From positions 11,162,001 to 11,226,000 of the forward strand of contig CM075991.1 of NCBI GenBank assembly GCA_038087875.1: 64,000 nucleotides of DNA, given 5' to 3'. Under the pieces are notes generated by a model that saw only the letters and a program-made list of their open reading frames with translations, ran no database searches and was not told where the DNA came from. The stretch's first letter is position 1. Each line of letters begins with the position of its first letter. The position numbers and the translations under genes were made by a program. This document shows, in pieces, positions 12,975-25,829 of the stretch. The stretch is from Malacoraja senta. Taxonomy: Eukaryota.

Positions 12975-13716
12975 TCTAACTGTGATGTGACTATAGACAT
13001 GTAACTTCTCCATAAGTGAGGGAGAACTTGCTTGAAGCCTGATCTACAGTGAGACGATTACTAATTTATAGCTTAATTATGTTATGTTATTAAAAATGTT
13101 ATTGCTTTGCCAATTTGTGCCATGTTTTCAAAACCAGAGTTCCATTTCTGACTCCCTCCAATGAACATTTCTGATCGCCCCTCAGCACCAAAGTGGCTCG
13201 AATCAAACTCACTAATGATACCTGTTAATAATTTCATATAGGCAGCTGATCACTCATTGTTCTTCTCGACCTGCTTGCAGACTTTGACATGCCTCCTCAC
13301 TTCTATAATGTAACTGTACAGACTACTCTTGCCTTGTTCATTTCTGATTTACTCCAATCACAGCTTGAAAGACACCAGCAATACATTTTCTGCCTACCTT
13401 CACACAATATCCTCTGGTATTCCTCACCGATCTATCTACGACCCCTTTTTATTTGTCTTGCTATCAATCTGGCAACATGAGCCGAATTGAAAATACATTG
13501 GCATTTTCTACATGTGTACAGTGGATAATCAGCTCACTACCACTCTTGTAACCCCTTTCAAACTCTTTACATTGCAAGACTATTTCTCTGTGAATAGATA
13601 TTTTCTCCAATAACAAAAAATTGGGAGGCTGGAAGTCACAGATTTAGGCCACCATTCCCTATTCACTGACTCCATCACACTGTCTTGCAACTGCTGAAAC
13701 TGCACAAGCAGTTTGC

Positions 13717-14165
13717 AATCTTTCCTGCTGGACATATACAGGAAGAGATGTATCAGCAGAGCCATCTCCATCATCAAAGACCCCTACCACCCATCGCACC
13801 ACATATTCTCCATCCTGCCATCTGGGAAGAGGTACCGGAGCATTAGGTGCAAAACCAGCAGGATGCTCCTCAGCTTCTTCCCGCAGGTTATAAGACTGAT
13901 AAACGGACTTTGTCCCCTGCCAAAGTATCGTGCACCAACCACCAACCTGGACACACTGCAGCAGAGCCACTGTCGTGCCGCTGCCGATCGGAACGCCTGT
14001 TGATGTTTAGTAGAGTAGAGTGTTCATTTGTTCATGATATATGTATTTTTACTTCTATTTATTTTTTACTGCACACTGAAATGGACACTGGTTGAGGAAT
14101 GTTTTTTTGTTTCCTCTGGGTATGCGAATACTCAGGAAATGACAATAAAGATATACAATACAATC
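13717..14165 (+). mobile_element. Rex1/Babar-clade LINE 3' end with (CAATA)n tail
   Basis: IIKDPYHPSHHIFSILPSGKRYRSIRCKTSRMLLSFFPQVIRLIN C-terminal motif. Confidence 0.75.
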
Positions 14166-14984
14166 TAGGTATCAAATCCAACCTAAAGTGAAGCTTCCAA
14201 CCTAGGCTCTATGCCAAGTCTAACGCATTTCTATATTTGTACACGGTCAGATTCTGCCCCTGGCATAGCTCATCTGCTAACATCTGTGTTGATTTGTTGT
14301 TGTACACTTGACTTTCTATCGTCCATAAACAAAGTCATCTAAAATTCTGCTTTTGTGTTTTCTGATCTACATGGGCTCCTGGTTAAGTAGCACTTTATTT
14401 TTTAATCTCTTGCCTTTGTTTTCAATCTCATCCATAACTTCACTATCACACTTCTATATCATTCTCCAATCCTACAAGACCGCAAGATGTCTGCGCTCTT
14501 TCAATTTTGGCCTCTTTAAAGATCTGGAAATGGAACATACTTTTAAGTGCTTCGCAATGCTTTACAAGTACCAGGTAAAATCATGTTAAATAGAACAGTA
14601 CAGGAACAGAACCTGTGGCCCACAAAGTCTGTGCTGACCATGATGTCAATTTAAACTACCCATCAGTGTGAACATCATCCATATCCCTCCATTGCCTGCA
14701 TATTCACTAGCCTGTTTAAATACCTCAAATGTCACTATCATGTCTGCTTCCACCTCCTGTCAGCATGTTCCAGCATTTTACACTTACTGTGTAAAAAAAC
14801 TTGCCTTCCACATCCTTAATCTTTCCCCCTGACAAAAGTATTTTTAATTATGTGATTGAACGAACATAATTTAATGTTTGCCCTCTGATGAAAGTACTGA
14901 GAACTTGCAAATATTGCAAGATTGTTTCCTAAAATTTCCCTGAGTGGCAATGTGTGTTTTTGGAAGGTAAGAGGGTTAGAGAAA

Positions 14985-15075
14985 GGCAGAGAGAGAGAAA
15001 GTCCAAGGGGAGAGAAAGTCTGTGAGAAAGACTGATTGAGTGTGTGTGTGAGAGAGAGAGAGAGAGTATGTGTGT
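14985..15075. repeat. (GA)n/(GT)n microsatellite cluster
   Basis: Directly visible. Confidence 0.8.
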
Positions 15076-15741
15076 GGCAGATTCCTGTTGGTCTTGTGTT
15101 TGTGTTCTCATATCCTCTCTGAGGTTTTGGAGTATTGTTTAACTGGATATCGAATCCTCCCAACATTAATCATCCACTGTCAGTAAAAAACACAAATTCT
15201 AAATGTTACTTCAAATAGTACCATGGCACAAGGCAAAAAGAAATGTCATGGCAAATAGGTTGGAAATGTTGCATATTTCACAATGCTAATTCAATAAGTA
15301 ATCCTTTGCAATATTTACTGAGAGATACTTTAAGACGCTGACGAACAACGTTTCACTACAAATTTAATTGAGATGGCTTTTAGATACATAATCTTGTGTT
15401 CTCTTGCGTTCTCTTATAGCCATTCATAAACGAATTTGACTATTATTTTCTCTCAGCTTTCAATAAATCTTCCAAATAGGCTTTATTCAAACATAGGTTA
15501 CTTAATCTTCAAATCATATTGAGCAATTTGCAAACTGCTGTGACACAGGCTCCTTTCCTCGCTCCCTCCAGCAGCCCCGGGTGATTTCATTTCACTCTGA
15601 ATCAGATACTTAGCTGTGAATGTGAAAAGAGCATGACTTATGTTTCCCATGGTAACGGACTGGGAGATTAACTTATGAAGAAACTCAACCATCCCTGCCA
15701 AGTGTCCTGAATAAGACCTGGCTGTTAGGTCAAACCCTCAC

Positions 15742-15887
15742 CTGAAAGCAATGTTTCTGCGAGGCAGCAGACTCACAGCCCCATTGCATGGCTGGCTCAG
15801 AGTGTTCCTCTTGAATATGATGAATCGATTTGTATACGTCACCAGCAGGTCAAACCCAAAGCTGAAACCCGTCCACCGCCAGCAGTA
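15742..15887 (-). CDS. GMCL1: GMCL1 exon 12 (YCWRWTGFSFGFDLLVTYTNRFIIFKRNTLSQPCNGAVSLLPRRNIAF)
   Basis: WRWTGF signature; cag/gtgag boundaries; 146 nt. Confidence 0.96.
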
Positions 15888-16539
15888 CTGGGAGAAACAG
15901 GAGGAAGAAATGGATCAATGTGTTACCATAACAGAGAAGTTGTTCAAAACCACCACTGTTAAAGAACAGAAGTACAATTGCATGAAAATAGGGAAGACTG
16001 TAAGAAAGTAAGAGCAGGAGTAGGCCACTCAGCCCCTCGAGCCCGCCCCATTATTGATCACTGCTGATCTGCCACAAGCCTCAAACTTTTCTCTGCGCAT
16101 GTTCTCCAAAGCCCTCCATTCCCTGATCTTTCAAAGAAGTAGCTACTTTAAATACTCTCAATGACACAGCCTGCACAACACCCTGGGGTAGGGAATTCCA
16201 GAGATTCATCACCCTCTGTAAGAGGTAGTTCCTAAGTTTTAAATGATGACCTTGGTGCAACCAAAGACAGTCTATAGAAGTTCACAGTTGCTGAGATTAC
16301 TATTGTGTCGTGTTCCTAGATCCTGATGGCTGTTGGGAAGAAGCTATTCTTGCATCTGGAGGTCATGGTTTCCAGGCTCCTGTACTTTCTTCCCAATAGT
16401 AGGAGTGAAATGAGAACATGGCCAGAGGGGTGTGGGTCTTTGATTATATTAACTTTATTTTCGATGCATATCCTATAGATTGTATTGAATAGGGAAAGGT
16501 CTGGATGTTGGTAGAAGACACTTAATTGGGGAGATGTGT

Positions 16540-18060
16540 ATGTTTGGGTAGAGGCAGATTACAATGTCATTAGACAGGAGCTAGGGATGGTAGTTTGGGA
16601 GCAGTTGTTATTGGGTTATGGCATATGGGAACCATATGACCAAACTGATCAAAGTGCAGATCAGCATGTTCCAGCAAGGAGGGAGGGGCAAGGATGGCAA
16701 GGAATGGGATGGTGGATGCTCAACAAAGTTGTAAACCTGGTCAGGAAGAAAAAGGAAAGGTATGTCAGGTTTAAGAAGGAGGCATTATACAAGATATGAG
16801 GAATATAAAGCGAGTAGAAAAGAACACAAGCAGGCTATTAGATGGGCCATGAAATATCATTGGCTAGTTGGATTAAGGAAAATCCCGAGGCTTTATGTCA
16901 AAAACAAGAGGGTGGCTAGGAAGAAGATAGGAGCGCTCAAGGATGAAGAAAGGAATCTATGCTTGGAGTCAGGGCATGTAGGCAAGGAACGTTTTAGGTA
17001 TTTACATCTACATTCACTAAGGAGAAGTACTTGGAGGACAGCAAGATCAGTGTGGTGAATACAAATATGCTAGGACAGTTTGAGATTGAGAAGGATGTGG
17101 TGCTGAGGCTCTTGAAGAGCATTAAGATGGATGTTCCCAGGGCCTGATGGGATCTATCCAAAGTTATTGAGGAAGGCAAGAGGTGATTGCAGGAACCTTG
17201 ATAAGGATCTTTATTTTTTCCTCAAGCCACAGGCAAGGTCTCGGAGAAATGTAGAGTGGCCAATGTCGTTCCTTTGTTTAAGATAGAAAGTAGAGATAAA
17301 CCAGGGAACTAAAGTCCAGTGAACCTCTTGTCAGTGGTAGGGAAATTATTAAAGATAATTCTTTGACATGCTCCTATTTGGAAGAGAATGGGCTAATTGT
17401 GGATAGCCAGCATTGTTTTGTATGTGGTAGGTTGTTTCTTATTAACATGATTAATAGAGAATAGGTGCAGGAGTAGGCCATTAAGATGTTTGATTAGGTG
17501 ATGAAGGAGATTGATGAGGGTAGGACAGTGGATGTTGTATACGTGGACTTTAGGAAGGCTTTTGATAAAATCGTTCATGGTAAGCTGATCCAGAAGATTA
17601 AGATGCACACGATGACTTGGTGACATGGATTCAGAACTTGGTGACTTGGTGGCATGGATTCGTAGAAAATAGAGGGTTGCAGGAGAACAAAGATATTCTA
17701 GCTCATGGTCTGTGACCAGTGGAGTTCTGCAGGGATCTGTGCTGGGACCTCTGCTGTTTGTGAAATGGCTTGGATGTAATTGTAGATTGGTTGGTGAGTA
17801 AGTTTGCTGACAGCACTAAAGTTGGAGGAGTTGCAATCAGTGAGGAAGGCCATCAGAAGTTACAGTGGGATACAGATCAGCTGCAGAAATGGGCGGAGAA
17901 ATGACCGATGGAGTTTAACCCGAGCAAGTGTGAGGTGTCGCACATTGGGAGGTTGAATGTAAGGGAAAATATACAGTTGATGGCAAGACCCTTAATAGCA
18001 TTAATGTGTAGAGGGATCATGGAGTCCAAGTTCATAGCTCCTGGAAGGTGGCAGCACAAA
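16540..18060 (+). mobile_element. Degenerate CR1-clade LINE ORF2 fragment
   Basis: ANVVPLFK, VDVVYVDFRKAFDK, QGSVLGPLLF and SKFAD-like RT motifs with stops and frameshifts. Confidence 0.8.
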
Positions 18061-18446
18061 TACATTCCTTTAGGTTGATGATCAGATTTCAGAGTTAACA
18101 GTCAATGTTTATTCCTCAATCTATATTTCTGAAAATGGCAACCTGTTTATTAAAGTATCCCTGCTTGTAGGAGCTTTCTATGCAGATTAGGTTTCTGCTC
18201 TTCCTGCAGTGGCTACACTTCAAATTATTTTGATGGCTGTAAAGCACTTTGGGACCTCCTTAATGTGATGTGAACAATGCTACAGAAATATAAATTGTTC
18301 TCAAGAGAACTCGCTAAAGAGAACTCATGAATACAATAGTCCCCATCAGCATTAACCATGTATGAAACTCACAGCAACGTGAATAAATAAATAAATAAAT
18401 AAATACATAGTGTAGGACAATATTTCCCTTTGAATAGATCACCATA

Positions 18447-18731
18447 GAGTTTAGTTTAATTTAGAGATACAGCACAGGAACAGGCCCTTCAGCCCACACC
18501 GACCAGTGATACTAACGCTATCCTACACAAACTAGGGACAATCTAAACATACCAAGCCAATTAACCTGCAAACCTGTACGTCTTTGGAGTGTGGGAGGAA
18601 ACCGAAGATCTTGGAGAAAACCCAGGAGAGAACGTACAAACTCCGTACAGACAGCGCTCGTAGTCAGGATCAAAAATGAGGCTGCAAGCGCTGTAAGGCA
18701 GCAATTCTACTGCTGCGCCACCGTGCCACCC
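18447..18731 (-). mobile_element. HE1-type SINE
   Basis: Reverse-complement match to the same family, with TTTAG tail. Confidence 0.8.
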
Positions 18732-19519
18732 AGTTAATCTGTCAAAGACGCAATTTTCTTTAAATCAGCACAAACACTGTTTTTTTTTTAATCTACAGGG
18801 GACCTGGGTAATAAGATCGAATGTTGGTCATATTAATCAATAAATGAGCACCATTTAAGGCTGAATTTGAACATTGTGGACCTGGAGACAGCAATAAACA
18901 AGCACACGATATACTGCAGATGGGCAGAGTATTTTACACAATGCAACAGCAAATACACTTTTAAATGTTTTAATTGGCTGTAAAGCTCATTACAATATTA
19001 TTATATGATTAAACAAAGTGGACAAATTCAAATTCAAATCTTTCCTTAATGCCCGAGTATACATATCAATTTAAATTAGCAGCAAGTGTACCCAAATCAA
19101 CCATACCGGTTAAAGTTTGCACCGGCTGTCTGGAGCAATGTACATTGAACACAAATAACGGTATGACAGAAGAACAGACCCTTCAGCCCACAATGTCAGT
19201 ACTGACCATGATACTAAATTATCTGTCCGCACATGATCCACATCCCATGATCCATAAACACAATCTAACTTTATCAAATTCATACAGGTTAACAATACTG
19301 GCTGTGTATGTATCTCCACTGAGTCAATGGAAGAAAATTTCAGAATTGGAACACAAGGTGCACCCAGTGCAACGTAGTATGATTGCTTGATGCAACCAAC
19401 TTGTTAAATAAAACAGATCACGTTTGTGGAAATGCTCGATCAATTTTTCAGATGACAATTATCAGATTGTTAAAGAGAAAGTCTATTTGCCAATTAATCC
19501 CATACAGTAATAAAAGCAA

Positions 19520-20090
19520 TAATTGTGAGCAGTTTTAGGCCAAATATCTGACGAAGGATGTGCTGGTGTTGGAGAGGTTCCAGAGGAAGTTTACGAGAAT
19601 GATTCCGGGGTGATTGGGTTAATTAATGTATGAGGAGCGTTTGAAGGCTCTGGGCCTGTACCTGATGGAATGGAGTTGAATGATGAAGGATCTCAATGAA
19701 TGGAGTAGGATGATGGAGGATCTCATAGAAATCTACCGAATAATGAAAGGCCTAGATGGAGTGGATGTGGAAAGGATGTTTCCAGTAATGGGAGAGTCTA
19801 GAACTAGAGGGGACAGCCTCAGAATAAAAGGATGTACCTTTAGAATGGAGATAAGGAGGAATTTCTTTAGCTAGAGGGTGATGAATCTGTGCAATTCATG
19901 GCCACAGATGACTGTGGATGCCAAGACATTGGAAACATTTAAAGTGAAGGTTAATAGACTCTTGATTAGTAAGGGCGTCAAAGGTTATGGGGAGAAGGCA
20001 AGAGAATGGGGTAGAGATGAAAGATAGATCAGCCATGATTGAATGGCAGACTTGAAGGGCCGAATGACCATATTCTTCCCCCATGTCTAT
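19520..20090 (+). mobile_element. CR1-clade (HER1-like) LINE 3' end
   Basis: DLIEIYRIMKGLDGVDVERMFP..ESRTRG.SLRIKG..F.....NFFS. Confidence 0.8.
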
Positions 20091-20307
20091 CGTCTTAAAA
20101 CAAACCCGTCTGTAGATGCACACTTGTGCATTCTCAATAGTGTAATGGTGCACTTAAAAAGTAGTTATTTGCAGATAGTTCGCAAGTCGCCTCTTCAAAA
20201 AAACACACGAGTATTTTTAAATGCCAAAGTATCAGCAGCAAATTTTGTTTGATCATTTGCAAGGGTGACCATGAAGAATTATTTTTCTTCTCTGCAATTA
20301 TACGTAC

Positions 20308-20383
20308 ATCACCATCTTTAGCCAGTTTTCTTCCACACCGCATGCTGTGCATCTCAAACTCTTCCCTGTTTATTTCTTTTGGC
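20308..20383 (-). CDS. GMCL1: GMCL1 exon 11 (PKEINREEFEMHSMRCGRKLAKDGD)
   Basis: SMRCGRKLAKDG signature of the GCL domain; tag/gtacg boundaries; 76 nt. Confidence 0.95.
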
Positions 20384-21579
20384 CTAGAGGGATCAAATAA
20401 AACTCCATTTAAAGTTTGTTCACGATGCTAAATGTTACACACGATTAAAGTGCAAAGCAGCCAAAATTGGGTTGAAACAGGGCACCAGCAGGACTACATT
20501 GAACTACATTCTCTTTCATTCTCTATGAAATTTAATTAGTTTTTGGACCATATGTGAATTATCACTTTTTTACTAATCAATTATTTCAAGAAGGTTGGAG
20601 TAAGAAGGAAGCCTGGATGTACCTAAATAAGGCTGGGTGAGATTATATGTGGGCCTTGAATCTGTAATATGTGCCTCACAGTGGAGAGGCCGATGCCAAC
20701 TTTGTCCAAAGCTCTTAGTTCTGTGATGAGACCCAAGGCATGGCATGTGGTGAGAAAGACACATGATTTCTGAATGATTAAATCTGAATGATTAAATTAC
20801 ACAGACATCAACAGTCGTCTGTGATTATGGAGATTGGAGAAACCGGACAGTGTACTGGATGGAGGTGTGGAACGATGGAGATAATCAGTGGATGCAGAGA
20901 GGAATGCTAGACCAACCAGGCCAATGATCGAGTTCTGGGTAGATAGTCAGTATGACATGACACAAGTCTGAAGCCTTAGACAGGGAGGAAATAGTGAGGA
21001 GGGGGAATGCATGGGCTGTTGATCAGTTACGACTTGAAGGAATTTACTTAGAAGATGGAAAACAATCCTCTACTAACCACCCTCTGCTTCTAGCGTTAAT
21101 CCAGTTTTGTATCCTTTGATGCACGACACTGACTGCCATTAGGTTGGAAATGGTTGAAGCCTGTTTCATGGGGATCTGTGGAGCAGGTTTACAGACAGAG
21201 GATGGAAGGAGATGCCAATGTTACAATGTTTAAAAAATATTTGGACAAGTACATGATAAGGATGATTAAGAGGGATATGGGCCAAACACAGGGAAATGGG
21301 ACTATCTAAGGTTAGTATCTTGGTCGCATAGACGAGAAGGCCAAAGGACCTGCTTTACGTGCTGTCTAACTCTATGGCAAAGAACAATGATTTCCTTACT
21401 CAAAAGGGCCACTCCTGAAAGGTGGCTTTCTAGATGTTGGCAGTGACAACTTCAATTGGTTACGTTAAGGATGTCGCCTCCTCGTCAAACCCAAGCCAAG
21501 TGAAAATCCATGCCTTCACAGAAGTTGTGATTCAAAAGATAAGCAGCAATGTTACTTCATGTAAAGTCAGGCCACCTAC

Positions 21580-21649
21580 CCAAGGTCATTGTCCTGCTCA
21601 GTCCTCAGCATAGCAAACCATTGCTGTTTGTACATGGCCGCAAGCCAGC
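21580..21649 (-). CDS. GMCL1: GMCL1 exon 10 (WLAAMYKQQWFAMLRTEQDNDLG)
   Basis: Manual translation; cag/gtagg boundaries; 70 nt. Confidence 0.95.
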
Positions 21650-21694
21650 CTGAGAAGCAGAGCTCACTGTTAGATTTTTACAGTAGTGTGATCT

Positions 21695-23630
21695 CCACAT
21701 CTTTTAAAATTCCCCTTTTAAAATAGCTACAGAAAAATTTAAATACTTGGGAATCGAAATCACTAGAACATATCAAGGCATGTTTAAAGCAAACTTTGAT
21801 CCTTTACTTAATAAATTAAATACACTAATTAAATTTTGGAAAACGCTCCCAATGTCTTTAATAGGCCGAATAAATGCAATAAAAATGATCTTCTTACCAC
21901 AAATTTTATACCTATTTCAATCGATTCCTATATACCTACCAAAGAAGTTTTTTTTTAAACTGGATTCAGACATTACTAATTTTATATGGGACTATAAATC
22001 ACATAGATTACAAAGAACATACTTGAACAAAGCTAAAGTATTAGGGGGCTTAGCACTCCCTAACTTCATGTATTATTATTGGTCAGTAAATATTAAAAAT
22101 ATGATTCAACTGATGGACAACACTGCCCAGCAAGTGGACTGGATTGTAATGGAGAGAGAGGACTGCTGCTCTGGAAACATTGGAGCGATCCTCCTCTCAC
22201 CAATGAAACTGAATAACATAAATTATAACAAAAACCCAATTATACATAGTACAATCAGAACTTGCAAACAAATAAAACAAAATTTAAAATTAAGAAATTT
22301 ATCGCTTTTATCTCCCATAATTAATAACTCTTCATTTAATCCCTCTATTACAGACAAATCTTTCATACAATGGGATAGACTAGGAATTAAAACGTTCGGT
22401 GACTTGTACGAAACTGGAAAATTACTATCATTCCAACAATTACAAATAAAATATAAACTCGGAAATAATCAATATTTTAAATATTTTCAAATATGTGACT
22501 ATTTGAAAAAACATACAAAAGATCATCATAATACCTCAACAGATGTATTGGATGAAGCAATGCAGATAAAAGCTGAATCAGTAAACTTAATATAATATTT
22601 GTATAATATTATCTTAAATGTAGAAATACCATCTACGGAAGGTATTAGAAGAGACTGGGAACAAGAATTAGCTATTAAAATCTCAAAGGAAAGGTGGAAT
22701 GAACATTTATTAAACATGCATAAATGTTCGATTAATGTAAGACACACTTTAATACAATTTAAAATTTTACATAGATTATATTATTCCAAAACTAAAATCA
22801 ATAACATTTTCCCAAATGTATCATCAATTTGTGATAAATGTCAATCTCAAGAAGCTACTATAGCGCACTCATTTGTTTTCTGTACAAAAATTCAAAAATT
22901 TTGGATTGAAATTTTTGAAATCTTTACAAAATTATTTAAAATAAAACTGATACCCAAAGCAGAATGGATTATCTTCGGAACAACGGAAGATAGTCCAGAA
23001 CTAAATGTGTTCCAAAAGAAATTAATAGACTATGGGTTAATAACTGGAAAAAAGTTAATCCTAAAATTCTGGAAAAACGCTCCAATACCAACTATAAACA
23101 TGTGGATTCTAAATATGTTCGAAACATTACACCTAGAAGAGATAAGACTCCTCCTGGCAGGTAAACCAGATCACTTCCACCTGACGTGGTCTGCATTTAT
23201 AGAATTATTACAAGTATAGGGTGCAAATGTACTAAAAAAAACTGAGGTCAGGTAAGGGGGGATGAAAGCTGGAGAGTTGGTATGTCCCATTTGCGTGATG
23301 CTTACAAAAAAGTATTTGTTTTTCTCTTTTCCCTCTTTCTCTTTTTTCTTCTTTTTTAGGGTCTATTTCTTAACTCTTTTTGTTTTTAATTTATTTCTTA
23401 TAGGGTCTTTGTTTTTTGTTTTTTTGTTGTCACGTTTTTTACACTTTCACTTTTTTCCTTCACTTTCTTCTTTCTCTCAATCTCATCCTTTCCCTTTATT
23501 AGTGTAAAAAATAAACTGAGTACATTAATTGTAATAAGATATATGTGACGAGTACTAATGTAATTGGTTGTAATGTAATGTACTTCTAATAAATAAAATT
23601 AAAAAAAAATAATAAAAAAATAATTAAAAA
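21695..23630 (+). mobile_element. 5'-truncated L1-clade LINE with poly(A) tail and 15-bp TSD, antisense within GMCL1 intron 9
   Basis: ORF2 C-terminal half (KYLGIEIT...GRINAIKM..LP...LFQ; CDKC...H....C zinc knuckle); AATAAA and A-tail; ACAGTAGTGTGATCT at 21680-21694 and 23631-23645. Confidence 0.92.
21747..23219 (+). pseudogene. L1 ORF2 C-terminal fragment with a single in-frame stop (22593-22595)
   Basis: ORFs 21747..22595 and 22599..23219 are in the same frame. Confidence 0.85.
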
Positions 23631-23763
23631 ACAGTAGTGTGATCTTCAGGTATGACTGACAAGAAATATACTCAGATATTTCTATTCAGTCCAGTCAAGT
23701 GCCTTCAGATAGTAACATAAGAGAATCAATTTATGTAATCCTGTAGAATTGATTGCCACTCAC

Positions 23764-23904
23764 CCGAAGAGATAATCATGTCTCGCTCAATAATTTTGGC
23801 AGATGTCAGATCATTGATGACATACTGCAGGCGGATGTGACTAAAGACAACAGCAAACTTTTGTCCTTGTTCCGTGTCTAGGAAGCTGCTGTAATTGCAG
23901 GCTT
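23764..23904 (-). CDS. GMCL1: GMCL1 exon 9 (EACNYSSFLDTEQGQKFAVVFSHIRLQYVINDLTSAKIIERDMIISS)
   Basis: Visible in ORF 23726..23920; cag/gtgagt boundaries; 141 nt. Confidence 0.93.
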
Positions 23905-24514
23905 CTGTATGAAAGAACAAATAAATGAGTCAGTCATTCAAAGTGTAATGCTATATCTAAATAACAACGTGTTTCTATTTAGCCAATGCCTTTACTGTTT
24001 GAAGTTCCGAATCAACATGTTAGTATAAATCCAGTGTTACCACACAAAACCTCCATTGACCCAAACATACTTCCACTTATACAGCAAGTTTAACAAACAA
24101 AAATTGCCCCGAGGTACTTCATGGCGGTGCCATTAGACAAAAACAATGTTTAGCCACATATAATATACATATATGTGGAGATCGCAATGATCCAAGAAAG
24201 TGAATCCAAGCGCATCAGCTTCTCAACAATGCATTCATTTGTCCTAGCCTCCTACCCTCACTGATAAGTAGTACCAGAAGATTACAACTCTTGGATGCCC
24301 TGATTTTTAATCTTCTGCCAAACCCCTATATTCACTATGCAGGACCTCATCCCTTTGTCTTCCTATGTCTGTTGCCAATGTGTATAACAACGACTGGTTC
24401 CCCTTGAGAATGTCTGCATTCATTCCGAGGCATTTTTGATCATTGTTAATTCCTTGCGTTAACATCTCAGCTATTATTGGTGCCAAAGGGAATACCGCAA
24501 TAGGTACCACTTAC

Positions 24515-24605
24515 CTTTTCTGCGTTTGGAGAACCAGGCATCTGCATCTGTTAATAACTGTTTCAATGTTCCATTCCAGGAAGGCACCAGCTGGAGGAAC
24601 ATCCA
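24515..24605 (-). CDS. GMCL1: GMCL1 exon 8 (WMFLQLVPSWNGTLKQLLTDADAWFSKRRK)
   Basis: Manual translation; cag/gtaag boundaries; 91 nt. Confidence 0.95.
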
Positions 24606-25079
24606 CTGTAAAAAAAAGGGATTCAATTCCGTTCAGTTCAGTTTAGTTTACTGTCACGTGTGCTGAGGTACAGTGAAAGACTTTTGTTGCGTGCAAAAAA
24701 AAGTCAGTGGAAAGACAATACATGTACAGATGCATGATAAGGGAATAAAGTTTAGTGCAAGACAAAACCAGTAAAGTCCGGCCAAAGATAGTCCAAGGGT
24801 CACCAATAATGTAGACAGTAGTTCAGGACTGCTCTCTGGTTGTGGTAGGATGGTTCAGTTACCTGATAGCAGTTGGGAAGAAACTGTCCCTGAATCTGAT
24901 GACTTATAATTACCATGAGGACTTTGTAAATTTTTCATACTGTTTCCAAATTTGTCTATGCCATCTACATAGCTCTGGGACTCCTTGCACTCCTCTATTT
25001 CTGGCCTTGTTCATCTTAACTTTTGTTTCTCTGCCAGACAAGCATACCTTCACTGTCTGAGTCCCGTGATCTAGAATTA

Positions 25080-25585
25080 ACATAGAATAGTATAGCTCTT
25101 GTACCCACAATGTTTGCTTCGAACATGATGCCGTTAAATTTATCTCATCTACCTGTACATGATCCATATCCCTCCATTCCTTGCACTTCCAAGTGCCTAT
25201 CCAAAAGCCTCTTAAATGCCACTATCGTATCTGGCTCCACCATCACACCTGGCAGTAAGTTCCAGACCCCCACCACTCTCTGTAAAAAAACTTGCTCCGC
25301 ACATCTCCATTAAACTTTCTTCCTTTCACCTTATAACTCTGCCCTCTAGTGTTGGACCTTTCCATCCTAAGAAAAAGGTTCTGACCTACCTTATCTATGA
25401 CTCTCATAATGTTATATACTTCTATCATCTTCCCTCAATCTCTGACATTCCAGAGAAAACCATCCAAGTTTATCCAACCTCTCCTTGTAGCTGAAACCTC
25501 TAATCCAGCTAGGAATCTGGTACACCTCTTCTGCACCCTCCACATCTTTCCTGTAATGGGGCAACCAGAACTGCACAATATTCCA
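25080..25585 (-). mobile_element. CR1-clade LINE 3' end
   Basis: RVQKRCTRFLAGLE / MIEVYNIMR..D fragments. Confidence 0.7.
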
Positions 25586-25744
25586 AATTCTCCCCTTAAA
25601 TCATCCATTTCTCTCTGCTTGGCTAGTAAAATCTTTCTCTGGCTAACCATTTTGGTCATTTAATTAAAATCTCGACTTTCGCATGAAGTGCCTTGGGACA
25701 TTTGCCTGCGTTATAGACATAATAAAATGATGCTGTGCGAGTAC

Positions 25745-25829
25745 CTTCTTAAGTGCAGTATACACATCCATCTCTACCTGCATCACAAACAGGTCTGACG
25801 AGCACACCAGCTTCTCCATTAGACCTATG
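25745..25829 (-). CDS. GMCL1: GMCL1 exon 7 (IGLMEKLVCSSDLFVMQVEMDVYTALKK)
   Basis: Manual translation; cag/gtact boundaries; 85 nt. Confidence 0.95.
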
